33,297 nucleotides of DNA, taken from assembly GCA_038870415.1 (NCBI GenBank), contig JAWCPE010000004.1, positions 1 to 33,297 of the forward strand, read 5' to 3'. The notes under the pieces were generated by a model. The model did no database searches. It had not been told where the DNA came from and saw only the letters and a program-made list of their open reading frames with translations. Of the stretch, positions 1 through 7,951 are shown in pieces (position 1 is the first letter of the stretch; each line of letters opens with the position of its first letter). A program made the position numbers and the translations under genes. Source of the DNA: Candidatus Bathyarchaeia archaeon (lineage in GTDB: Archaea; Thermoproteota; CALKCG01; B24; JAWCPE01).

Positions 1-577
1 AGGTCGTTGAAGTCCTTGATGATCCGTCCGAGCGACGACTGCACCTCCTCGGAGGTAAGCCGTAGCTCCGTGATGAGCCTGTCAATCTTGTTAATGTAAA
101 GCACCGGCCGGACCCTTTCTTCTAGGGCTTGGCGCGTCACGGTCTCCGTCTGAGTCATGACGCCCTCCACTGCATCCACGACGACCACGGCGCCGTCTAT
201 CGCCCTGAGCGAACGCGTCACCTTGCCCGTGAAGTCGATGTGCCCCGGCGTATCGATGAGGTTGATGACGTAAGGCGTCCCGGCGCGCTCGTAGTAGAGG
301 CTGATGTTCGCCGCCTTGATCGTCATCTGCCTCTTCTGCTCCTCTTCCATGAAGTCTAGGGCGAGGGCTTCCCCCGCCACGGAGGGCGAGAGGAGCCCGG
401 TCGCAGCGAGGAGGCTATCAGTCATGGTCGTCTTGCCATGATCCACATGAGCGATAATCCCAGTGTATTCCGGGCCCTGCGAAGCGAGGTGAAGCTGGTT
501 TCGCTTTAGGCCTTTCGGACCTGGTTCTTATCCTTGACGATGCGTAGGATCTCCGCGGTGGACTTGTACTTCGGCAA
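1..577 (-). CDS. fusA: Translation elongation factor 2 (aEF-2), N-terminal part; spliced from exon 1 (577-514) and exon 2 (466 to beyond window start)
   Basis: Manual translation: TTG start at 577, [21 protein letters not shown], then after removing 467-513 [24 protein letters not shown]...[17 protein letters not shown]...[65 protein letters not shown]1, G2, G3 and G4 motifs of EF-2 are present. Confidence 0.97.
467..513 (-). other. 47-nt bulge-helix-bulge (tRNA-type) intron in the EF-2 pre-mRNA
   Basis: Transcript reads CCAGG-UCCG-AA^A-GGCCU...GGGCC-CGGA-AU^A-CACUGG. Central 4-bp helix UCCG/CGGA, two 3-nt bulges (AAA, AUA), intron stem GGCCU/GGGCC, exon stem CCAGG/C(A)CUGG. Cutting after the second nt of each bulge gives GUC CGA AAC ACU GGG (V-R-N-T-G). 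The unspliced frame hits TAA at 508-506. Confidence 0.9.
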
Positions 578-630
578 TCTTCCTTTTCTCCCTTCAGCCT
601 TGGAAGGCGTGAAGACTAGAGAAGCTTCGC

Positions 631-642
631 TTTTAAGGGTTT
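631..642 (-). promoter_or_regulatory. Putative BRE/TATA promoter of EF-2
   Basis: Minus strand AAACCCTTAAAA about 55-65 nt upstream of the TTG start; an AT-rich box in a GC-rich background. Confidence 0.5.
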
Positions 643-1266
643 AGAGTCTCCTACGCCCGCTGTGGATATACCCCTTCCGTAGCTTCGTCCTGGCAGCTAG
701 GTCGTTGACCGTGGTTGTACGGTGCCTCTCACCATGCTCTACCGTGGTGTTAACAGCAGCAAAGGAGCTTAGGGGAGGCCCCGATTCAAGAGAAACCTAG
801 CTTAGGAGATAGTTCTTCTCCAAGAAGCCCACGCGATTCGGGAACTGGAGGTGTTGTTGGAAGCCTCTGAAGTCTAGATGAACGGCGTAGATGAGGTCGG
901 TCTGTTCCTTGGCTCAGCGGCCGCTCCTAACAGCTGCGCGGCGATCTCCAAACGTCCCCCCTTAGCTGAGATGCTTCCGGCGCCGCCCTCAAGCCTGAGG
1001 CAGATCCCACCCAAGGGGCATACGGTCAGCTTTTCAGCCCATGAAAGGCTGCCGGGGATCTGCACCTAGAGATGGCTGAGAGAACCAAAGTGAGCGAGAT
1101 GCACGGCTGAAGGGTAAAGGCTGGAGACGCAACGCATAGTAGCGCGTAGAGATAGGCGCGCTGACGCTGGTCGCAGTGGAGGTTCTACCTCAGTCCCCTG
1201 CGCGAACAGGCAACTCTTATCAGGCGCTCCCTGGCTCGGTAGCCTGAAAGAAGACCCTGCGGTAGG

Positions 1267-1800
1267 TTGAGGCGATCAGACCTGACCGAGAATTCTACGG
1301 ATCTGACGAAGCTCCCTGAGCTTGCTGTTGAGGTTGGCGCTGCAGACGCAAGGCTCATGAAGACACGGGACATTGCAGTTCGGGAATGGGTCAGGTGGAA
1401 ATGCAGGTTTGGATGCGAGAACTACGGCAGGTCTCTGACCTGTCCGCCCTACTCGCCGCGGCCCGACGAGACACGAGCGCTTCTTCAAGGCTACGAGTAC
1501 GCGCTGCTAATACGCGTAAACCCCGATAAGAAGTTGCATGACCTCGTGCTTACCTTGGAGAGAGCCCTCTTTCTGCGGGGCTACCACTCGGCGCTCGGCC
1601 TGACGGCTGGCTCATGCAAACTATGCGAGGAGTGCAACGTCAAGGGTGGAATCTGCCTGAAGCCTCGTGAGGCGAGGCCGTCTATGGAGGCCTGCGGCAT
1701 AGACGTCTTCACCACAGCGAGAAACGCAGGCTACGAGATGAAGGTTCTAACCTCCAGAGACCAACCCTACTACAGGATAGCCCTCATCTTAGTAGCATAG
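1267..1800 (+). CDS. DUF2284-family predicted metal-binding protein
   Basis: Cys-rich motifs KCRFGCENYGRSLTCPP, GSCKLCEEC and ARPSMEACGIDVFTTA typical of the family. Confidence 0.85.
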   Translation: MRRSDLTENSTDLTKLPELAVEVGAADARLMKTRDIAVREWVRWKCRFGCENYGRSLTCPPYSPRPDETRALLQGYEYALLIRVNPDKKLHDLVLTLERALFLRGYHSALGLTAGSCKLCEECNVKGGICLKPREARPSMEACGIDVFTTARNAGYEMKVLTSRDQPYYRIALILVA

Positions 1801-1899
1801 CAACCTCCGCTTCGCTTCGCGCCGGCAACCCAAAGATACTGTTATTGGATACGAAGGCGTAAAGGTTAATGCCTGAGGCTGTTCTATCACGGCTTAGGT

Positions 1900-2301
1900 G
1901 TGAGCACGTCCGACGAAGAACTCGACAGGCTGAAACGTCGCAAACTCGTAGAGATGCAACGGCAACTCCTTAAGGAAAAACTCGAGAGGAAGGCTGCAGA
2001 GGAGGCAAAGTCTACCCCGAAGCACGATCCCGAGCGGGCTCTTCGGGCCAGCCTCGTGGAGCAGGGAGAGGAGGTGCTCAACGCTTTCAAGGCTCAGTAT
2101 CCTCAGGCTGCGAGGATACTCATCCCGCTGCTGGGCAAAGCCGTACTTGAGGGGAGGATACGCGGCTCGATCGACGGCGGCTCGCTGCTCCAGTTCCTCC
2201 GTAGCCTAGGCTACAGGGTGCACATCGAGACGAAGATCTACGTCGGGAAAAGGGGAGAGCTCAAGGAGCTATCAGAGTACCTGAGAGAGAGGAGCCCATA
2301 G
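1900..2301 (+). CDS. PDCD5-related double-stranded DNA-binding protein
   Basis: N-terminal DEELDRLKRRKLVEMQ and the later helical GRIRGSIDGGSLLQFLRSLG resemble archaeal PDCD5/TFAR19-like proteins. Confidence 0.7.
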   Translation: MSTSDEELDRLKRRKLVEMQRQLLKEKLERKAAEEAKSTPKHDPERALRASLVEQGEEVLNAFKAQYPQAARILIPLLGKAVLEGRIRGSIDGGSLLQFLRSLGYRVHIETKIYVGKRGELKELSEYLRERSP

Positions 2302-2495
2302 ACACGGGCCTCCCCGGAGGAGCTTCTGCGGCGTTGCTCGCGCCGCTCGCAGAATGCTAAATCGTCTGGTCTCTTCCCCCTACGCTGCCGGCGCTCTTGT
2401 AGGGGACAGAGATTACACCATCGGCGGGGAGAAGTCTACCGTGACCGGATCGCTTAATTACCCATAGAGGCAGTAAACCTGAGGCTTGGTCTTGG

Positions 2496-3122
2496 TTGAT
2501 GCTTGCGAAGACTTATCTTGAGACGATCGATGCGCTCCTCGGTAAGGTTGCGGAGGAGCAGGCTGAGAAGCTTGTGAAGGCCGCTAGGATGGTGGCTGAC
2601 GCAGCGGTATCCGGTAGAAGGCTCTGGGTTTACGACAAGGATGTGGTGGTTGCCTCGGAGGTCTCAGGCCGCGCCGGGGGTCTCCTGATGGTTCAACCCC
2701 TCGGAGACGTCTCCTCTGTCCAAGAGGGGGATGTAGTCGTCATAAACGCGGCGAGGAACGACAGCCCCTCCGACGCCTCGCTCGTCGAGAAAGCGAAGAT
2801 GAGGAAAGCGAAGACGATCGCCATCTTACCGTTCAGCAACCCGCCTGATGCGTCGAGGAAGCTTCAGGAAAACGTGGACCTGGCGATCGACGATTACGCG
2901 GAGCCGGGCGACGGCTGCCTCAGGGTGGCAGGCTACAACTCGAAGGTCTGCCCAACGACGGGTGTGATGAATGCAGCTGTTATGTGGGCTGTCTGCGCGG
3001 AGGTTGTAGATGAGCTCAGGCGCCGGGGTAGGGAGGCGCACGTGTACAAGAGCGTCTTCCGCGTCGGCAGCAACGAGTGGAACGCCAAGATGAGCGAGGA
3101 GTTCAAGAGGACGGGCTACTAG
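2496..3122 (+). CDS. SIS (sugar isomerase) domain protein
   Basis: RAGGLL, GDVVVIN, AKMRKAKTIAI, VDLAIDDYAEPGDG and CPTTGV match a SIS_2-like fold. Confidence 0.75.
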   Translation: MMLAKTYLETIDALLGKVAEEQAEKLVKAARMVADAAVSGRRLWVYDKDVVVASEVSGRAGGLLMVQPLGDVSSVQEGDVVVINAARNDSPSDASLVEKAKMRKAKTIAILPFSNPPDASRKLQENVDLAIDDYAEPGDGCLRVAGYNSKVCPTTGVMNAAVMWAVCAEVVDELRRRGREAHVYKSVFRVGSNEWNAKMSEEFKRTGY

Positions 3123-3138
3123 AAGCGAGGGGGAGACG

Positions 3139-3744
3139 ATGGGGCTGGGACTGGACTATCTCGCTTACGTCAGGGGTGAACTACGAACAGTCATAACTGA
3201 GGAGCTTACGAAGATCGAGAAAGCCGCCGGGTTGGCGGTTGAGGCGCTCGCGTCGGGCCGAACCTGCTGGCATGCTGATATCGGTCATATGCCAGAGTAC
3301 GAGGTGAAGGTTGGACGCGAAGCTAGGCCGAGCATCTTCAAGCCGCTTCGACCGACCCCCCACGACAGGAACGTGTGGCTAACGGAAGTGCGACGAGGCG
3401 ACCTGGTCGTGTTAGGGGACCAGTTCGACGTGGCGGAGGCCCTCATAGACTGGGCCCTGGAGGCGAAGAGACGCGGCGCTACGGTCGTGGGCATAGGCGC
3501 CTCGATGAAAGAGCATCGGAACGAGATTCCTACGCGGCACGCGTCGGGAAAGAGCCTGGCAGATGTGGTCGACGTCTTCATAAACACACATGCACCTATG
3601 GGGGACGGAGCGCTCACCGAAGGCTTGAAGACCGGCTTCGGCGCGACGACCGGCATCCTCAACTCCGCCATCTACTGGGCGCTCTGCGGCGAGATCGCCG
3701 AACGCCTAGCGAAGAAAGGCGTCAAACCGCCCCAGATTGGCTAA
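3139..3744 (+). CDS. SIS (sugar isomerase) domain protein, second paralog
   Basis: ALEAKRRGATVVGI, RHASGKSLADVVDVFINTHAPMGDGAL and GATTGI. Confidence 0.8.
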   Translation: MGLGLDYLAYVRGELRTVITEELTKIEKAAGLAVEALASGRTCWHADIGHMPEYEVKVGREARPSIFKPLRPTPHDRNVWLTEVRRGDLVVLGDQFDVAEALIDWALEAKRRGATVVGIGASMKEHRNEIPTRHASGKSLADVVDVFINTHAPMGDGALTEGLKTGFGATTGILNSAIYWALCGEIAERLAKKGVKPPQIG

Positions 3745-3960
3745 TCACCCAGTTCAATGTGCATGGTCAGAAGTAAGGATAGGAGCGGAAGCTAGGACAA
3801 GCCGTCAAGGCCCTCGGAGAAGCGCTAGGGCCACTGGCATAAGAGGTCCCAAGAGTCGAAACGCGGAGCGACACCCGATGTAGCATCCTCCGTGCTGAGC
3901 CTTCAAGGCGTGGTTTAGACGCGAATCTCCTATAAAGCCTGGGAGACGTATGAGGGTGAC

Positions 3961-5115
3961 ATGAGTCTTCAGGTGGCTAGGAGCCCGTCGCGGGAGAGGA
4001 TGGTCTCCGCTTTGGAGCTGGAGGAAGCGGACGCCGTCCCAGTCGGCGACATAGGGGTCGACCCTCCCGTCGCACGTGTCTTCCTCGGACGTGAGCCGGT
4101 CTACAGGAACCCCAGAGCCTCCCTAGAGCTCGTCGCCGAGGGCAAATTCGACGAGCTGGAAGAGAGAACGGTGAAGGACCAAGTTGAGCTTCTGCACAAG
4201 ATCCTTAGGTTTGACTTCGTTCGCGTCATCCTCCCTGGCTTCGCACGGGGAACGAGGGTCCGTAAAGCCGGAGAGGACCTGTGGGAGGTGAACGGGACGC
4301 TCTACAGGCTTCACCCTGTTGCCGGCGGCCTCTGGCTTACGGAGCGTCCTCAACCAACCCTGGAGCTTCTGAGGCAGGAGATCGACGCTGCGGAGAAAGC
4401 CCTAGAGGCGGTCAGCTCTGAGCCGCTTGGCGCCCTGACGCGTATCACGAAGCAAGTGGGTGACGGTGGGCTCATCCTCTGTAACATTGATGCTCAGTGG
4501 ATATCGTACGACGCGGCCCGCCTCGTCTGGTTCTACCGTTACCCGGCGGAGATGCGTCGGCTGATGGCAGCGAAGGCGAAGTGGGCCGCCGCCATGGCCG
4601 AGGCGATGCTCGACGCTGGCGCAGACGGCCTCTTGGACCCGCAGGATTACGCGAACAAGACAGGCCCCTTCATCTCCCTGGCGCAGTTTGAGGAGTTCGT
4701 CGCATCGAACCTTAAGGCGGTTGTCGACGCGGCCCACAGGAAGGGCGGCTACTACGTCCAGCATACTGATGGGAACGTGAAACGCCTCATACCGCTGCTC
4801 TTGAAGTGCGGCTTGGACGGCTTGAACCCCTTGGATACTACAAGCGGCATGAACCTAGCCGAGATTAAGGCTGAGTACGGTGACCGCATCTGCCTCTTCG
4901 GGAACGTGGACGGGGTCCACATTTTACCCCGCGGCGGCAGAGCAGAGGTTGCTGCGGAGACAAAACGATGCCTGCGTGAAGGTAGCCCGGGTGGCGGCTA
5001 CGTGCTCACGTCCAGCCACTCGATACACCACGGCGTCAAGCCTGAGAACCTCCTCGCTATGCTCGAGACAAGCTTCAAGCTGGGAGAATACCCCAAGCCT
5101 GGAAGAACAGGTTGA
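3961..5115 (+). CDS. Uroporphyrinogen decarboxylase / MtaA-CmuA superfamily protein
   Basis: DYANKTGPFIS, QHTDGN, YGDRICLFGNVD and GGYVLTSSHSIH. HTDG stands where methyltransferases have the HxCG Zn motif. Confidence 0.85.
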   Translation: MSLQVARSPSRERMVSALELEEADAVPVGDIGVDPPVARVFLGREPVYRNPRASLELVAEGKFDELEERTVKDQVELLHKILRFDFVRVILPGFARGTRVRKAGEDLWEVNGTLYRLHPVAGGLWLTERPQPTLELLRQEIDAAEKALEAVSSEPLGALTRITKQVGDGGLILCNIDAQWISYDAARLVWFYRYPAEMRRLMAAKAKWAAAMAEAMLDAGADGLLDPQDYANKTGPFISLAQFEEFVASNLKAVVDAAHRKGGYYVQHTDGNVKRLIPLLLKCGLDGLNPLDTTSGMNLAEIKAEYGDRICLFGNVDGVHILPRGGRAEVAAETKRCLREGSPGGGYVLTSSHSIHHGVKPENLLAMLETSFKLGEYPKPGRTG

Positions 5116-5368
5116 TCCAAAGCTTCGAGAACCCTCTCTTAAGCGGCGCTGAAGCACCCGTATGAAATGGAGCCTTCTAGGGGTACGAAGCCGGAATTGA
5201 CGCGAGGAAAGCTTAGAAAGAGAGAAGGCTGGAGCGGAAGGCTAGCCTATACGTCAGGGAGAGACTGGGATAAGGCTCAACGCCTTCCATGGATTATAAA
5301 TAGAGTCCCGAGCCTAGGACAGCAGTCTTATTTACTTCTCTAACCGGCAAGGATCTACAACCGAAACG

Positions 5369-6487
5369 GTGGCTGCCTTGAGGATAGAGGGGCTGAAGAC
5401 CTACATGTTGATGGGGAGGCATTGGCCTGGCTTTCCCTGGGTCCTCGTAGAGCTTGAGACAGATGAGGGGCTCTCAGGGCTAGGTGAAGGCCTCCCCTAC
5501 CAGAGCGGTAGCCTACTGGACGGCTTCGAGGCGGCGAAGAAGCGTCTCGTAGGCGAGGACCCCTTCAACGTTGAGGCCATCTGGGAGCGCCTCCACCGAG
5601 CAGGGACGCCTCTCCCCGTCATCAGTGCCGTTGAGACCGCCCTCTGGGACCTCGTAGGTAAGGCGGTCCGTCAGCCCGTCTATAGGCTCCTCGGCGGTCG
5701 CTGCCACGAGAACATCAGGGTGTACGCAGACGGCTTCTTCCGAGGCGCCTCCTACACGGAGGCGGAGTACGTGGCGAAAGCCCTCTCAGCCGTGGAGCAA
5801 GGCTTCACCGCCCTGAAGATGGACGTGGACGAGCCCATACCGTCGACGCGCCTCCTCAGCCGAGGCATCAGTTCGCAGGACCTCGCCCTCACAGTCTCGA
5901 TGGTGAGAGCCGTTAGGGAAGCGGTCGGGGAGCACGTGGACCTGGCGATAGACTGCCACGGCGCCTTCAACGTGAGTGCAGCGATAGAGCTTGGCAAACG
6001 CCTGGAGAGCTTCAGGCTGATGTGGATTGAGGACCCTCTACCCGCGGGCAACGCGAAGGCAATGGCTAAGGTGAGCGAAGCCCTGGAGACCCCCGTCTGC
6101 ACCGGGGAGTTGCTCAACACGCGGTATGGTTTCCGTGAACTCCTAGAGGAGCAGGCAGCTGACATCATCATGCCCGATGTGGCGAGGACCGGCGGAATCT
6201 TGGAGATGAAGAAGATCGCGGCGGCCGCAGACACGTACTACGTCCCAGTCGCTCCGCACAACATGGTAAGCCCGATAGCTACCATGGCTAGCGTTCAGCT
6301 CTGCGTCTGCACGCCTAACTTCCTCATCCTTGAGTATCAGATGGGCGACGTACCGTGGAGAGACGCCATCATAGACCCTCCGCTTCCCCTAGAAAGGGGC
6401 TACCTCAGGATCCCCTCTGAGCCCGGAATAGGCGTAGCGCTCAGAAAGGACGAGCTTGAGAAGCATCTGGTTAGTAGCGTGAAGTAG
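5369..6487 (+). CDS. Mandelate racemase/MLE family enzyme (galactonate dehydratase-like)
   Basis: ALWDLVGKAVRQPVYRLLGG, KMD motif, metal ligands D(CH)...EDP...GE, APHN and LEY. Confidence 0.9.
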   Translation: MAALRIEGLKTYMLMGRHWPGFPWVLVELETDEGLSGLGEGLPYQSGSLLDGFEAAKKRLVGEDPFNVEAIWERLHRAGTPLPVISAVETALWDLVGKAVRQPVYRLLGGRCHENIRVYADGFFRGASYTEAEYVAKALSAVEQGFTALKMDVDEPIPSTRLLSRGISSQDLALTVSMVRAVREAVGEHVDLAIDCHGAFNVSAAIELGKRLESFRLMWIEDPLPAGNAKAMAKVSEALETPVCTGELLNTRYGFRELLEEQAADIIMPDVARTGGILEMKKIAAAADTYYVPVAPHNMVSPIATMASVQLCVCTPNFLILEYQMGDVPWRDAIIDPPLPLERGYLRIPSEPGIGVALRKDELEKHLVSSVK

Positions 6488-6524
6488 GCAAGGGCAGACT
6501 ATCGGTGGCTGGGAGCCTCAGGGG

Positions 6525-7385
6525 TTACTCGAAGGGTATTCTTAGTTCCGCCATGAGCTTCCTTGCGGCGGCGACGGAGGCTCGGGCACCCCACTCCTTA
6601 GCGGCGATATGCGTCTCCAACGAGGTGAAACGGCTATAGCCCATCTCGGCGAGGGCCTGGAGCACCTGACGGATGCCCACGATGCCTTCGCCTAGGGGCA
6701 CGTACCTATCCGACCTGTCAGCCTCGATGCTGAGCGTGCCCCCAGCCGCCGCGGGACGCTTATGCTCTACCCAGGGGAGGTAATCCTTCAGGTGCACATG
6801 CGTGATGTAGGGGCGTATCGCCTCGAAGCCGGTCGGGACCGCGTCTTCACCTCGCAGCTTCGCGTTTGACGGGTCCCAGTTAGCCTTCAGGGACTCCCTA
6901 TCCACCTCCGCGATGATGGAGGCCGCCGAAGACGCCGTGTCGACGAGGCAGATAGGCTCATTCTCCAACGCTAGGACGCAGCCAGAGTCCTCTGCTCTCC
7001 CCGCGGCGGAACGCAAGAGTTCGACGAGCCACCGCCTGTCCCAAGGCTCCGCTGGGTCACCGACCAGGCCGAAGACTATGATGGTTGAGGTGTCCAGTTT
7101 CCTCGCGAGGTCGAGGGAGTCGGGAAGCCGCTTCTCCAAGTGCCTCCTCACCTCCTGCCTGTCCGTGTGCGGCACCTTGAAGACCCCTGGTGAGAGCGCC
7201 GCCACCTCGAAGCTCGTGCTTCGAAGCTCCTCTAGGAAGCTCCGGACCTGGGCCGGGTCGCCGTCAGGCAGCCTCTCGCCGTAGATTCCGCGGAGCTCGA
7301 TGTAGCTCAGGCCTAAGCTCGTGATCAGCTCGAGGGCCTTGATGGGGTTCGCGTCTACCTCGTCAGTTGGGATGCAGACCTTCAA
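6525..7385 (-). CDS. Sugar phosphate isomerase/epimerase (xylose isomerase-like TIM barrel)
   Basis: LALENE, NWDPSN, HVHLKD, VPLGEG and SLETH motifs. Confidence 0.88.
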   Translation of the reverse strand: MKVCIPTDEVDANPIKALELITSLGLSYIELRGIYGERLPDGDPAQVRSFLEELRSTSFEVAALSPGVFKVPHTDRQEVRRHLEKRLPDSLDLARKLDTSTIIVFGLVGDPAEPWDRRWLVELLRSAAGRAEDSGCVLALENEPICLVDTASSAASIIAEVDRESLKANWDPSNAKLRGEDAVPTGFEAIRPYITHVHLKDYLPWVEHKRPAAAGGTLSIEADRSDRYVPLGEGIVGIRQVLQALAEMGYSRFTSLETHIAAKEWGARASVAAARKLMAELRIPFE

Positions 7386-7951
7386 ACCCAGTCACAACGC
7401 TACTAACGGCTCGGGGCCTCAAATCTCTGTCGGTTTCAGCTCGAGGAAGTGTAACCAAGGCCCCCTCCGGGGCAATCAGGTATAAGGACATGCCCCAGAG
7501 CCTAGGCTTATGCGTAAGCCCCCGTGGCTTTGACGCCCTCGGTTGAGGCGTCTAGACCGAGGTGTCCTACGGATATCTGAACGACGGCAGCCTCTAGGTC
7601 CACTCGCTCGAGCACCACTCCTCTCACGCTGAGCCTCTCTTTCGGATTGGGTCGTATCAAGACTAGGCACCTGAGGTTTGGAAAAAGTCTAGGGCGCAGC
7701 GCTGGACGGTCGAGTCCATGGAGAAGACGCTCCTGGACCCCCTCCTCCAACGGTATCAGGGCTTTCTTTAAGGGAGGGCATGCCTAGAAGGCCGGTTCTG
7801 CGAACTTAACGAGTCGCCTTCGACTGTCAAAGGGGTCTTTAGAAGGTAGGGGCATTCAGATGGAAACGTTCCAGTTGGCTGTAAGTCTCCACTGCCAGGA
7901 AGACCCTGAGGAGGACTTAATAACCTCCCTGCGTATTCGCGTTGAAGCCCT

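Noticed and set aside
129-359. 76-aa plus-strand ORF
   Set aside because: Antisense shadow of EF-2. The same applies to most short overlapping ORFs in the track, given the high GC content.
1-577. EF-2 as a simple pseudogene or sequencing frameshift
   Set aside because: The lesion is a clean 47-nt insert with BHB geometry whose canonical cut sites restore the conserved sequence exactly. The rest of the visible gene is undamaged.
640-1260. Possible ncRNA or small genes (874-1065, 878-1069) upstream of EF-2
   Set aside because: No recognisable protein motif, tRNA arms or convincing C/D boxes found by eye.
7476-7750. Short minus-strand ORFs
   Set aside because: No family motif recognised; possibly decayed sequence.
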